NCBI RefSeq assembly: GCF_036321535.1
Contig: NC_087436.1
Coordinates: 35,032,001 to 35,096,000 of the forward strand
DNA from: Camelus dromedarius
Lineage: Eukaryota
Length of the DNA: 64,000 nt
Direction of reading: 5' to 3'
Shown: in pieces, positions 12,800-25,743 of the stretch
Numbering within the stretch: position 1 is the stretch's first letter
Layout of the letters: every line of letters begins with the position of its first letter
The notes under the pieces: generated by a model
What the model was told of the DNA's origin: nothing
The model's input: only the letters and a program-made list of their open reading frames with translations
Databases searched by the model: none
Program-made: the position numbers and the translations under genes

Positions 12800-12985
12800 T
12801 AAATTCAAAAATCAGAATAATGTTTACCTCTGGGAGCAGGGAAGACAGAGAAACAGTATAGGGGAGAAGCCCTTGGAAGTAACTCGTTTGTGAGGCTTTA
12901 GTGTTTGGTTTGGGAGCTAGTTTCACAGGGATTCATTTTATTATTAAATGAGTAACTAAAAATGTGAATAAATAAAAAATAACTT
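12800..12985 (+). mobile_element. Old L1 (L1ME-like) 3' terminal fragment
   Basis: 'atcagaataatgtttacctctggg...tttcacagggattcattttattatt' is typical of L1ME 3' ends; probably the continuation of 10610-11700. Confidence 0.6.
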
Positions 12986-14254
12986 AAAAATCTTATACCT
13001 GGACCAATGATGATAGTTTGCCATATACCAAGTACCAATACATAAAATGAAATATAATTTAGATAAATGAAATGTGGTTCTTTCTTAAAGAAAAATGTTC
13101 ATCTCAGAAGGTGAAGCAACCACCACCCAGTTGAACTTCTCCAACATACTTGGTACAACACTGTGTTTCTTACGCCTCGTGTTTCCTCTCACTTTAAAAT
13201 CAAATAAAATGTTCTTAATCCATTCCAAAAATCTATACACAACCTTTGCTATTTGCTAATTTGCTGTTTAGATCTTGGAAATTAACCAGGCAAAGCAATG
13301 AATGATTTCAGAACCTTAGAATGTAGTTTTACTTTTTTGTCTTTTTAAAAGAGAAACCATGGTTTGACTTTCTTATTTCTTAAACATGAATTCAGCAAAA
13401 ATGCATGTAGGGAAATCACTGAAACTTTAAATAACTGAGACTCCTGCAGGTAATTTCCATTTACAGTCTGATTCAGTGATTTCCATTTCCAGTTAGCTTC
13501 CCTGGAATGAAAGTCTGTGAACTGTCATATATTTGCTAACAACAATTCTCTCGGGGGAAAATATCATTTGTTCTCTCTGAAGTGTGACCCTTTAGGTGGA
13601 GGATGTTGTGTTTACTCCATGGTGTCTGAGTTTTCCTCTTAGCTTGAATTTTCCTTAAACATGAGTGAGGGACACTGGGTGCAGGGAAGGACTGGTAAGG
13701 GGATAAAGGTCAGCTGTGCTGGCACAAATCTGACAAGGAATTCAAATTCAGTCATTTCCAATTCATAACCTAGACTTGTCTAAAAACCCACATGCTATGT
13801 GCTCCAATTTCTGATGTTTCCTTCCGCCTGTTTATGATTTGCAGACATGCTGAGAGTGATATGAATGTAAAAGAGCGTTCAGAATTGTTTCTGCAGTTGC
13901 TTTGCTTGTCTGTAAAGTGCATCTCCCTGAACTTTGACTGCAGTGCCAATCAGGTGTCCCCTGTGCACATGCATGGCCCTACTTGCCTTTCTGCTGTATG
14001 ACACTTGATGGCAACAACCGGAATGTATACAAAACCTCCATCTTTGAAGTTACCCCGGTGCAAAAAACATTGTTGTTTAAGGATTTACAGAAATGTTACA
14101 ATTACAATAATATATTATAATAGTTCCTCTTTGAGGAAGTATTAGTTACTAAATGCTGCTGTATATATTTCATGTGAAATGCTTTGTCACAATTTCTTCT
14201 CCTGTGGTTTGGAACTCAGAAGAGAAAATGAGATTTTTGAGCAAGAATTCTAAT

Positions 14255-14400
14255 ATATACATCTCATTCAATTCTCATCACACTACTTGGGAGTAGGCGT
14301 GAGTACTGTCATTTTACAATTTGTAACTGAGACTAGGATATGTTAGGTTATCTGAATGGTAAAAGACACTGGTAAGGTTGCTAGATTGGAACTCATTTTC
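14255..14400 (-). mobile_element. MIR fragment
   Basis: 'atctcattcaattctcatcacact...cattttacaatttgtaactgagact...ggttatctg' is a degenerate antisense MIR core. Confidence 0.55.
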
Positions 14401-15479
14401 CACTAGGATTCAATCATTTTTTTTTTTTCTGAGTGGCTTGGATTTTCATAAGCATTCAAACCAAAGAAACAGAGAGTTTGGTTGCATGATAAAATATTTG
14501 GAAAATCTAGGTTAATCTATGTTACTCAAATGTTTTATGGCAATACTCAAAATTTTTAATAGTATGATACAGTGCAGTGTAACCCACCCACCCCCAAACC
14601 ATGCAGGTTTCCTTGTTTAACTTAGAAACATCTCCAGAGAAATATTATTCCAAGGTACAGAATCTGAGAAAGGTGATGTTTCCAAAGTATACAGACGTCT
14701 CAATAAAGTGGCTTAAAAAAAAATCTAGCTCATTTTCAAAAGCAGAGATTCACAAAATGGCTTTTTCCACAAGGTAGAGAGGAAACACTTACGTGCCAAG
14801 GGTTACAGGCATTTTGTTCTCAATATTTTCTTAAAACCACAGGAGGGGATTAGGTTTTATACATTCTCTCAGATCTTCTCATCTCTAAAGGAAGACCAAG
14901 GTAGCAGGGTATGCTACGCTTTATTCTCCGGAGGATTGCTATGTGCATTTTATAAGCATTTTTGTTTTGGTACATGGGCTTTTCTAGAGTCTACTGAGAA
15001 GCCTAGAAAAGACTTCAGAACACGGCAGGCCTTTGATAAAAGAAAGGCAAATTGTCCCCCACAGTGCTTTCCACACTGCTGGCCAAAATCATGTTTTTGG
15101 CCTTGACACTTATACTTTCTTTCTTTCCACTCTCCACCCTTTAAGAACACACACCTGTGCATAAGCACACACATGCATATACACTCACAAACAATTCTAA
15201 TGTGCAAACCACAAGAAGCAAATGTGGATTATGACAATATGAGTATAATGCTTTGAAATCTCTAGTCTTCAGCATTTGAAAGGAAGCTGCTACACATGTT
15301 TCATCATTCTGATGTATTTCTTTCAATTTGTATAAATCAATATTTATCAAGCTTCTACCATATTTCAGGATTTATAGTAGAAATAAGGAGGCTAAGTATG
15401 AACAAGATAGAAAAAGACACAGGGCTTAGAGTCAGGTACGAACGTTGAGCTGCAAATTGAAATATGAAGAAGAGGTTCA

Positions 15480-16200
15480 GGGCACAAGGCTTTGGGTCAA
15501 AACGTAGGGATTTAAACTTATCTAAGAATGAGGAATTTTCCTTAAAGAACGAAGTCTTAAACTGACAGGTAAAGGATGAACAGGAATAGGGTAAAAATAA
15601 AGGCGCAAGAGCATCCCGTACAAATGTATGACACCCCCCACACAGCACAGAATCCCAGAGACAAGAGATTCTGCAAATAATGCTTGAAATCCGAAAGAAG
15701 GTCAGAAGATTTAAAGCACAAAGGGCACAGGTAAACTGAGATAAGCTGTAAGGACCAGACTGTGGATAGTGTTATAAGGAATTTGGGTATCTTCAGACAA
15801 TGTGAAGTCACCACGTAGTTTGAAGAACGGCAATGCATCCTCTAAAAGACTCCCCTGGTTTCTGAGCCAAGAATGGATTAGAAAGGGCAAGCATGGGAGA
15901 GAGGGACTGGAAAACTTTCACAGTGATAATTCTCGGAATCTCAGTGATGATGACATAAGAAGAAATTTTAATATTCCAGACATATTTCTGAGGTAGGAAA
16001 AACAATTTCATGAATGATTAGATGCAGAATAGGAGGGAGAATGAAAAAATTTAGGATTGCTTGCAGGTTTCAAGTTTGATTAGCTAGGAGACGGTGAGTC
16101 CCTTTTGCAGTGAAAAGAATCACTGGAATAGAAATCTGCCTGCTTGAGATGATAAGTTTGGTGAGTTAATACACTGAATCTGAAGTTGATGATGTTCAAT
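15480..16200 (-). mobile_element. L2 LINE fragments
   Basis: 'aaaagactcccctggtt', 'gaatggattagaaagggcaagc', 'gaatgattagatgcagaataggaggga', 'gataagtttgg'. Confidence 0.6.
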
Positions 16201-18429
16201 TTAACCAGTGCTTCTAGTACTAATGAGAAAGTGTGGGAGTGACTGAGGCTCCTTCACTCGACCCCATTTTGGCAAAGACAGAATCCCCCAATTATTTTCA
16301 TTCTACAGGCATTGTTTGATTTAGGACTCTTGTGTACCTCCCAATGTGATCTTTGAAGCAGCATTAATTTTGAATTGCATTCCAATACTGAATGAGATGC
16401 ACGAGCACACAACTCGTTGTCATTCATGAGTGTTGACGTCCCCCCAAAAAGTGTCAGACAAAACCTGGTGAGGCTAAGCAAGCCTTCCAGAAAACTCATC
16501 ATTCTACTCCTGTCAAAACAACATCACTGGTATCTTTGATATCCTGAGTCTAAAGCAACTAAAATGAGAATCTCTTCTCTCTTTTTCTTTTTCTTTTAAA
16601 GTGCATAACGTTTCATTTTCTTTCTGAAAATACCAGATAACTTAGCAGGTATATGTACAGATTTAACTTCAACCGAAACTCTAAGATCACCAATTATGAT
16701 AGTGATGAATATCTATAAATTGCTTCGAGTAACTTTGGGTCTCTTGTTGTCATTACAAATTCAAATTGATATCTTATGGGTATAGACAGATATGCTAAAT
16801 TTGTCCACTTGTATGCTAATCTCAAAATCAGATTTTAATTAGTAACAGTTTAATGAACTTCTCCCGTTAGAGGGTAGCAAACTGTTCCCTCTAAGGCAAG
16901 ACAAGAATTTGCACGTACTTCGTGGAATGGAAAATGGCAATCCCACCTGTTTGGAGCTTCAGAACGACCTACCTCACATCTAGCGCTTCTGTGGCTAAGG
17001 AACGGCAATTCTTTATACAAGGTCGATGGAGTTCTGATTTTAAAGTTACAGAGACTTGTGGTGAGAAACTTAAAAAGAGACTAAACAAAATGAATGGAAA
17101 GAATTACTAGAGACTGATTAGTTCTTATCTCTGACCATTTCTTTTCAGAATTTAAGCTATGTCTGCTTTATTTGTTAGATGAAAGATAGCCATTGAAAAC
17201 CTAAGGAAAACCTAATGTTAGAAGAAAGATTTGGATAAAAGAAGAGAGAAAGAAAAAACTTTTAAATAAATCCTATGGTTTTATTACCTGCCATTATGTT
17301 CCAGTCCATAAAGTACGTGTCATGTTTGAAAAAATAGAGACAACCAGTGGAACATTTAATATACAATGTAAACTTGGCTTCTCTTTTTCCTGGGACAGAG
17401 TGAACTCACGTGAAGCCAAATTTTAGATCCAAATACAACTGAAAAGTTAGAACTTCGATCTTGCAGCAAAGGCATATCATGAAGTTGGTTTAATCGCCTG
17501 CTGTAGTTGGTGTTTCTGCAACTGTGACAACAAACTATAAACAACAGTAAATGTAACCATTTAGGGCTTGTTACCTATCAAGCTACTAGGATGGTATGGA
17601 AATACTGTATAGAAAGGAAGTACTTTGGTAAAGGAGCCCAGAGTGGAAGAAGGAGAATTTCAGAGAAAGCTGCACTTTTCTGGCAGAGAGTGAACGTTCA
17701 AGTTTAGATTTCTCATTCAGAAAGATCTTTGGAGTTCTACCGTCCACTGACTTCATCTATATGGAGTACTGAATGTAGATCTGAGCCTTGGATGTAGAGT
17801 GCTTTCTAAATTGATGCCCTATTGCAAAGTTTAAGTATCATTAAAAAAAAAAAAAAACTCTGCCTTGTATATGTGTCTTATACAGTTTTGAGGATATGGA
17901 CTACTTATTTACCAAACTGATCAAGATTAGTGGAGTTTTAAAGAATAAAATAAAAAACTTGAAATGTTATCATTTTAATCTATTATTATAGTTTTTTTTT
18001 TATATCAAAAGTTGGCAAGGCACACAAAGTTGTTTTTTCTAATGTACTAAAAAGGCTCACATAAAGAATGTGGTCACCAACCCGATGTCTTCCCATCTCT
18101 CTTAGACAATTTTTCCACAGGAAACAATTTTAACTTTTTTTTTCTAGTAATTACTTCCACATTTCTAAAAATGTGCTTGCATTGCTATTTAGTAATTAGT
18201 AATTTGGCATTTACCTACTGACTCCTTGTTACGCCAGATGGAGACGTATCTCTCATCAACCTGTATTCCCCCAGCCTCCCAAATAATTATACAATTATTG
18301 GTTTATTAAATTAAACCCTCAGTGGTTATATCATCAGAACTATATACTATTGTTGACTACAGAGCCATGTATTGTACTATGACTGCATTTTTAATTGTTC
18401 AAACTTGTTTTCCTTAAGTCAACAATTCC

Positions 18430-18873
18430 AACCTGAATAGCCATTTTTTCAAAGACATACAGATGGCTAACAGTCACATGAAAAGATGCTCAACATCAGT
18501 AATTATTAGAGAAATGCCAATCAAAGCAACAATGAGATGTCCCCTCACACCTGTCAGAATGGTTATCATCAAAAAGCCTACAAATAATAAATGGATATGG
18601 ATGTGGAGAAAAGGGAACCCTTGTACACTGTTGGTGGGACTGTAAATTGGTAAAGCCACTGTGGAAAACAGTATAGTGGTTCCTTAAAAAACTAAAAATA
18701 GAACTACCATATGACCCAGCAATTCCACTCCTGGGTATATTTTCCAGAAAGAAACAAAAACACTAATTCGAAAAGACACCTGCAGCCCAATGTTCACAGT
18801 AGCACTATTTACAATAGCCAAAATATGGAGCAACTCAAGTGTCTCACTGACAGATGAATGGATAAAGAAGAAA
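18430..18873 (+). mobile_element. LINE-1 ORF2 C-terminal fragment (moderately young), lacking the 3' UTR
   Basis: ORF 18463..18645 [38 protein letters not shown] is an L1 ORF2 motif; the DNA continues through 'gaactaccatatgacccagcaattccactcctgggtat' to 'gatgaatggataaagaag'. Confidence 0.93.
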
Positions 18874-18959
18874 CGTTAATATATATTATATTATAAGTGT
18901 TCTAATTCATGTCTTATGTTTTGTCTTCATTCTGCAGTGTACATAGAGTGGCACAGAAT

Positions 18960-19290
18960 TGCTGCGTTATAGGAAATAAACATGGCATACATGTAATGGC
19001 CAATCTTCCATAGTGTTTACAACAAATTACCCTCCCACCAACAACATATGATAGTTCTGGTTGCTCCACATGCTCACAAACGTGATATTTTCAGACTTTT
19101 TTCAATTTATCAATTTTGGTGGCTGGATAATGGTACTTCAGTGTGATTTTAATTTGCATTTTAATTTTCATTTTGTCATTATTTGAATAACCTCTTGTGA
19201 AATGTCTGTTGAAAACTTTGTCCAAATTTCTATTTTATAGTCTATCTTTTTCATATTAATTTAAGTTTATTAGCTATTCTAAATCCATAA
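18960..19290 (-). mobile_element. Old LINE-1 fragment (ORF2 end)
   Basis: 'ctcccaccaacaacatatgatagttctggttgctccacat', 'gattttaatttgcatt', 'tgtgaaatgtctgtt'. Confidence 0.75.
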
Positions 19291-20599
19291 TCTCTCTCTA
19301 TATCTATATATATGATATGTATCTAGTATGTATATATATAATATAATTTAAGCATTCTTTGGATACCTTAAATATGACAATGTAGACGCTTAATTTTAAA
19401 AATACCATAAATTCTGTTTATATTTTATTTTAATGATTTACATTTCATGGAGTCATTTTGAAATGTCATATAACTACATCAAGAGTAACCATATTTACTA
19501 GATATATAAATGGAAACATATGGAAGTGTTTGTTTATCATTGCCAACTTCAACAATAGTGGTCATGACCTCTTTAATACAGGCATTTTGTCTGAAAATTG
19601 AGGGTATCACTGCAGTCTTTATTTCTGGCTCCTTTTGAGGAGAAATATATTCAAATAGAAGTGTAAAATAAGCCTTCGGTATTTGGTAGCTTTGCCTAAG
19701 GCTACAAGTGGACGTAAATGTAATATGACTATATGGCATGACTTAAACTGATAAGCTCTGTCACCAGCAGGCACAACTGAAATTAGTTCTGTTAGTCCTA
19801 TGTTATTGATATATTTTTATCCTTCCCTCCAAAGTAAATCCTCATCAAACAAATGAACAACTCCCTCAGGTAGAAACATTAGGATCTTTGGACATTTCTT
19901 TTTTGCTTCCACGACTACTTTCTGGATGCTACATATTTTTAAGGGAAGAGAATGAAATTTAAATCAGTTAGTGCTGATAAATCATCTTAGAAATCAGGAA
20001 TAAAATCTATTGACTCACATAGCATTTCAAAACAATAGCCAAACTTTTCTTGTTTCCCCTCTATGGACGCTTGACTACAGCTAAAGTTTGAAGAAGCACA
20101 AAAATTTTAACACTGTGACTGTTAACGTGCAATTTGCAAACAAACGAAAAGAAGTGCACTTTGCTGTGACATATATGATTATGGTACCCAGATGTGCCGT
20201 GCACACTACTATTGGTGGTACCCATAAAGTCATAACGTATACTCCGACCTATTGAAAATGCTAACTCAAAAATGTCTGGATGTAGTGCCTCTAGGCACCA
20301 GTCACTCTTGCTTTTAGATTTGGGTTTCTACTCTCAGAATTCAAAAAAAATTCATCTATGTATTGCCAAATCCATTAGCATTGCCTGAGTCCTGCTTTTT
20401 TCATTTCTTTACAGAATCTCCCTTTTTTAATGCTTTTCTTTTATCTCCTCTGCCTGTAACATTTGATTATCCCACTCCCTCTTGTCTTTCTAGCTACTCT
20501 CTCTTTGCCTCCTTTTCAAGCTCTTTACTTTACTTGGATTCCAAAATATGAACAAGACACTGAGTTTGGCCATATTCCCTCACACTTTTACACCCACTC

Positions 20600-21065
20600 T
20601 TCTCCAGAATCACTTATGGTCCTCAGGATCAATTTGTCTCTGTTTTCTGTGCTCTCCCTCAGCTCCTTAGAAGAATCTCAAGCTGGACATTCTATAAGAA
20701 TCTCAAATTCCATCAGCCATAAACTTAATTCAGTATATCTGCCACACCTGAATTATAAAATACTCTTGCTTTTCTTTTTCGTGGTGACCCATCTGAACAA
20801 ATACTAATTCTGCAAACTTGGACTCACCATTGGCCTTTCCCCAATGGCTCATATTTAGTAAACCTGATTTATGTCCATTTTTATTACAAAATTTCACTCA
20901 GCTTCAGTCTTTCTTTTCCAATTATACTTCTCCAGATTAGTTTAAATTGTTGTGATATTTTATCTGAACCATTGTGATATCTCCTAACTGTTCTTTAAGG
21001 TTTTAATCTCTGTTCAAGCATTCATATTCTACTGCACTATGCATTGTTTTCTATATGTGCAGATG
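20600..21065 (+). mobile_element. L2 LINE fragment
   Basis: 'ctggacattct...atctcaaattc', 'ctgaaccattgtgatatctcctaactg' are sense L2 motifs. Confidence 0.55.
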
Positions 21066-21178
21066 TAGAATATTTTAAAGGAAATAAGAGAGCTTAATTC
21101 TAATCCAGTCTTTGCCATTGACTCTTTTTCTAGCCTGAATCAAATCTAGAAACTCTTTTCCCTCATCTGAAAATGAGG

Positions 21179-21652
21179 TGCGTTGCAGCGTTTAGCACAG
21201 GGAATGGAAACCATTCCAAGCATTTTAACAAAGAAGTTCTTTATATAGATCATTAAATGCTTGTAACATTATTGGAAGGGCCAGAGATGGAGAGATCAGA
21301 GGGCTGCCACTAAGTGTCAAAGTAAGAGTACCACAGTTGCCATGCAGAGATCAGAAAACAGGAACTGCACCAACGTAATGGCTGCCACGACCGAAAAAGC
21401 TGGTGACGAGGGAATGAAATGTAGAGTGTGACCTCCCCCAAAACCACCGACACAGGGAAGGGAATGGCCTCTGCTTTCCATAAAGTTGCACAGTTGCCAT
21501 CCCACTGGCAGAACCTCGATCACACTCACAAGCCTAGTGGCCAAGAAGACTGGAAAATTTACTTCCCAACCTTGCAATCCATATAACATAAAGGAAATAT
21601 TAAAGATAATGGATATGAATTCTGGCTGCCAATAGGCAATACCTGGCCCACA
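21179..21652 (-). mobile_element. Ancient solo LTR (LTR33/LTR78/LTR79-like)
   Basis: 'gaaaccattccaagcattttaacaaagaag', 'cccactggcagaacct', ends 'ggcccaca'; about 470 bp with TG..CA ends; family uncertain. Confidence 0.5.
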
Positions 21653-22108
21653 GAGTAGACCTGGTGACACTTGCACTGTTTCTAACATTCCGTCTCTGAG
21701 AGCAGCCAGCAGCCAGCAGCAGCTGGGCCAGCTGTGCCCTGCACGTTCATTCACTACATCCCAGGCTTCATGTGAATTCGTGCCAGGGAAGCACAAGTCA
21801 CCACGTAAAGGAAACGTGTAACCCTGACGGCTCCGTCAGCTCCGTCCAGTAGAACTATAACACAAGCTGAATGTACTTTCTTAATAACCACATTAAAAAA
21901 TATTTTTTAAAGATAAATTAATTTTAACAATCTATCTTATTTGGCCTAAACATGCCCAATAATTTCAAAATATAATTAATATAACATTATAATGAAATAT
22001 TTTACATTATTTTTCAAACTAAGTCTTTGTAATACAGTACATATTTTACACTTACAGCACTCACCATTTGGGGTGATAAATTTTCAGTAGGAACTTGAGT
22101 TATTTTTA

Positions 22109-22847
22109 AATTTTTTTTTCTGAAGTATAGTTGATTTACAGTGTTTCAGGTATACAGCAAAGTGATTCAGCTATATATATATATACACACACACACACAC
22201 AATGTGTTCTTTTTCAGATTCTTTTCCATTATAGGTTACTACAAGATATTGAATACAGTTCCCTGTGCTATGCAGTAGGACTTGTTTATCTATATATAGT
22301 AGTGTGTATCTGTTAATCCCAAATTCCAAATTTATCCCTCCTCCTCCTTTCCCCTTTGGTAACTATAGCTGTTTCCTATGTCTGTGAGTCTGTTTCTATT
22401 TTGTAAATAAGTTTCTTTGTATCATTTTTTTTTTTTAGATTCTACATAAAAGTGCTATCATATGACATTTGTCTTTCTCTGACTTACTTCACTTAGTATG
22501 ATAACAATCTCTAGATCATCCAAGTTGCTACAAATGGCATTATTTCATTTTTTTACAGCAAAGTAATGCATTCCATTGTATATATACACCCACATCTTCT
22601 TTATCCAGTCATCGGTCAGTGGAGATTTAGGTTACTTCCACATCTTGGCTATTGTAAATAGTGCTGCTATGAACACTGGAGTGCATGTATCTTTTCAAAT
22701 TAGAGTTTTCTACATATATATGCCCAGCATTGGGATTGCTGGATCACATGGTAACTCTATTTTTATTTTTTTAGGGAACTTCCATACTGTTCTCCATAAT
22801 GGCTGCACCAATTTACATTCCCTCCACAGTGTAGAAGGGTTCCCTTT
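22109..22847 (-). mobile_element. 5'-truncated LINE-1 of artiodactyl type (L1_Art-like) with TSD
   Basis: T-tract then 'tgaagtatagttgatttaca...cagcaaagtgattcag...cagattcttttccattataggtta'; antisense ORF2 end; flanking duplication ttgagttattttta (22095-22108) / ttgagctatattta (22848-22861), 12/14 identical. Confidence 0.93.
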
Positions 22848-23049
22848 TTGAGCTATATTTAGATTTCATAAAATTCATATTTAAAATAGTAAATTCACAT
22901 TCTCTACATTTTCCCAAAAATACCTATATGTTTTAAAAATCAGAACCTAGCTTCCTCCCACTAAATGTTTCCTTTAATATTTGCATGTTCATTGATAAAA
23001 CTGGTTAATCCTTCCCACATTTGCCCTAAATCAAGAAGAACGCATCAGC

Positions 23050-23559
23050 TGTGGCAGGTAGAATAATGCTCCTCATACTAAGATGTCTACATCTTAAACT
23101 CTGGAACCCATGACTATGTTATATTATGTGGCAAAAAGGAATTAAAGTTGCAGGTAGAATTAAAGTAGCTAATTGTTTGACATTAAAATAGATTAATCTG
23201 GATTATCCGAGTGGGTCCAATGTAATCGCAAGAGTCCTTAAAAGTGGAAGAGAAAATCAGATGAAAGAACCAGAGAGACAGCAGCTTAACAAAGCCTCTG
23301 CCCCACGTTGCTAGCTTTGAAGACAGAAAAATGGCGTCAAGAGACAAAGAATGCAGGTGGTCTTTAGAAGGTGAAAAAGGCGAGGAAGAAGAACTCCACA
23401 GCTTCCAGAAGGAATGCAGACTTGCCAGTATCTAGACTTTATCACAGTAAACCCCATCTCTAACTTCTGACCTCCAGAACGGTAGGATAACGTCTTTGTT
23501 TTGTTGTAAGCCACTACGTTTGTGGCAAAGTATTCCAGCAGCAACAGGGAACTAATACA
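23050..23559 (+). mobile_element. Solo MaLR LTR, MLT1D-like
   Basis: tgtggcaggtagaataatg...ggaactaataca (TG..CA); 'ggattatccgagtgggtccaatgtaatc', 'cttctgacctccagaac'. Confidence 0.9.
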
Positions 23560-24660
23560 ACAGTTTCAAAATTAGGTCTTTCACAGTTAAGCAAATTCAC
23601 TAACTCTTATGTCAATTCAGTAGTATAAAAACAGAATTTGGTTTTTAAGTTTCTGGTCCAGTATGTAAGACGCTTGGAAGTCTTCAATCCACCCTAACAA
23701 CAATAAACAAACTGAACAGACCTAAAAATCAACAACTCATGCTAGATAAGTTAGAGATGTGAGGTCACAGGACAAAGTACTGTCCCCCAAGTTGGAGAGA
23801 CAGCCATGTGGATACAGAGAATCAAACTTAATAGGAGCAGACACTCATGAGTAGAAACCTCTGTGGGAACCAATACCAAGGTAGGAAAACCTAAACTATA
23901 ATGGACAAATTGCCACAGGGTCCATGCAGACAAATCTGACAGTCAGAAACTCCAGGAGAGCCTAGTCATACAGAGGTCCAGATACTCCTGTGAACTGTAC
24001 CCTCTGCAGCTCCACAATGTCCTCACAGTAAAGACCAGAGGAAAATCCCTTTGTGCTTCCAGCAGGGTGAGAGAAAATATAACCATTGTGAAGTACACCA
24101 GAGCCTTTGATTCTTCTTAACACCTGCCCTCAGAGAAATTATGTTGTCAGAGCCTAAACCGCAGGGATTTTGGAAGAGCCTGTTCAACCCACCTTAAGAG
24201 AAATACTTAACTCTAGCTCACTCTAGTCTTCCACAAGACAGAAAGAAAATAACCAATCCTAGACCCCAACAGCCATCCTGTCCAACGTAAGTAGGTGAAA
24301 AAACTGGTAATTATTTGTAAAGCTCACAAACCAGGGGCAAAGGTTCATTAAAAGTCTAAGACATAATCAAAGGGCTATAGGACACTCCCCTTCCTCCATA
24401 ACTTACCAACATACTGATAAAGGCCTATTTAATGAAGTTTCATTTCCCTAGTACACTATGTACAGCTTTTAACAAAAAGTTTCAAAAACTACTAAAAGGC
24501 AAAAAACACAGTCTGAAAAGACAGAGAAAACATCACCATTAGACTCAGATATGGCAAGGAAGTTGGGATGATCAGACTGGAATTTAAAGCAGCTATGATT
24601 AATGTGCTAATGACTCCAAAGGATAGGACATAATGGATAGTGCACAAGAACAGATGGGCA

Positions 24661-24816
24661 CAGGGAACAATGAATAGAGATGATATTGTGCTGTAATTGT
24701 GTAATGTGATAAATATTGCTACAATGGCAACCATATTACAATACATAAATCTATCAAAGTAACATACACTTTAAACTTACAACATGTTTCATGTCAAATT
24801 TATGCAATAATAAAAG
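24661..24816 (+). mobile_element. 156-bp L1/HAL1-type 3'-end insertion with a 15-bp TSD
   Basis: Flanked by aagaacagatgggca (24646-24660) and aagaacagatggaca (24817-24831); body 'tatcaaagtaacatacactttaaacttacaacatgtttcatgtcaaatttatgcaataataaaa' is an L1-like 3' terminus. Confidence 0.8.
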
Positions 24817-25743
24817 AAGAACAGATGGACAATGAAAGCAGAGAGATAGAAAGTCTAAGAAATAATAAAAAGGGAATGATAAAGATCAAAAACACTGTCA
24901 CAGAAATAAAGAATGCCTTTGATGGGCTCATTAGTAGACTGAAGATGGCTAAGCAAAGAACCTCTGAGCATGAGGATATGTCCATGGAAATTTCCAAAAC
25001 TGAAAAGCAAAGAGAAAAGAGACTGAAAAACGTTAATAAATAAAGGAACAGAACATCCAGAAACTGTGAGACAAGTACAAAAAGTGTAAAACATGTGTAA
25101 CAGTCATATCAGGAGAAGAAAGAGAGAAAAGGACAGAAGAAATATTTAAAGCAGCAGCCACTTAGAATTCCCCAAATTAATGTCAGACACCAAACCAAAG
25201 ATCCAGGAAGCTCAGAGAACAAGCAGGATAAATTCCAAAAAAATAAACCTACACTTAATGCATATCACAACAAAATGCAGAAAATCAAAGATAAAGAAAA
25301 ATTCTTGAAAGAAGCCAGAGGGAGAAAAACACCTTATCTACAGTGAAACAAAGATAAGAACGGCATCCTACTTCTCAGAAATTAGGCAAGCAATGTGAGT
25401 ATAGTAAAATATTTTTAAATTGTTGAGGAAAAAAAAATCAACCAGGAGTTCTGTATACTGCAGATTTGTCCTGGAAAAAAAAAAAAAAAGAAGAAGAAGG
25501 AAATAAAGACTTTCTTAAGCAAAAATGGAGGGAATTTGTAGATAGTAGAACTGTTCAGCAGGAAATGTCAGAGGTAGTTCTTCAGAAAGAAGGAAAATGA
25601 TGGTCAGGAACTTGGAGCTACATAAAGAAAGGAAGAGCACTGGAGAAGGAATGATGAAGGTAAAATAAAAACTTTATTATCCTTATTCTTAACTGATCTA
25701 ACAAATAATGTTTTTTTTTTTTCCAAAGTAATACTAGCAACAG

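Noticed and set aside
16254..16502. 82-aa minus-strand ORF with possible splice sites
   Set aside because: Weak donor (GAG|GTACAC), unrecognisable peptide and no consistent exon chain with neighbouring candidates.
21317..21796. Longest ORF in the track (159 aa, minus strand)
   Set aside because: Lies mostly within an ancient LTR-like repeat, starts at a non-ATG codon and has no recognisable domain; treated as a chance ORF.
24825..25043. Coiled-coil-like 72-aa ORF
   Set aside because: Fragment of decayed L1 ORF1 with stops and frameshifts on both sides.
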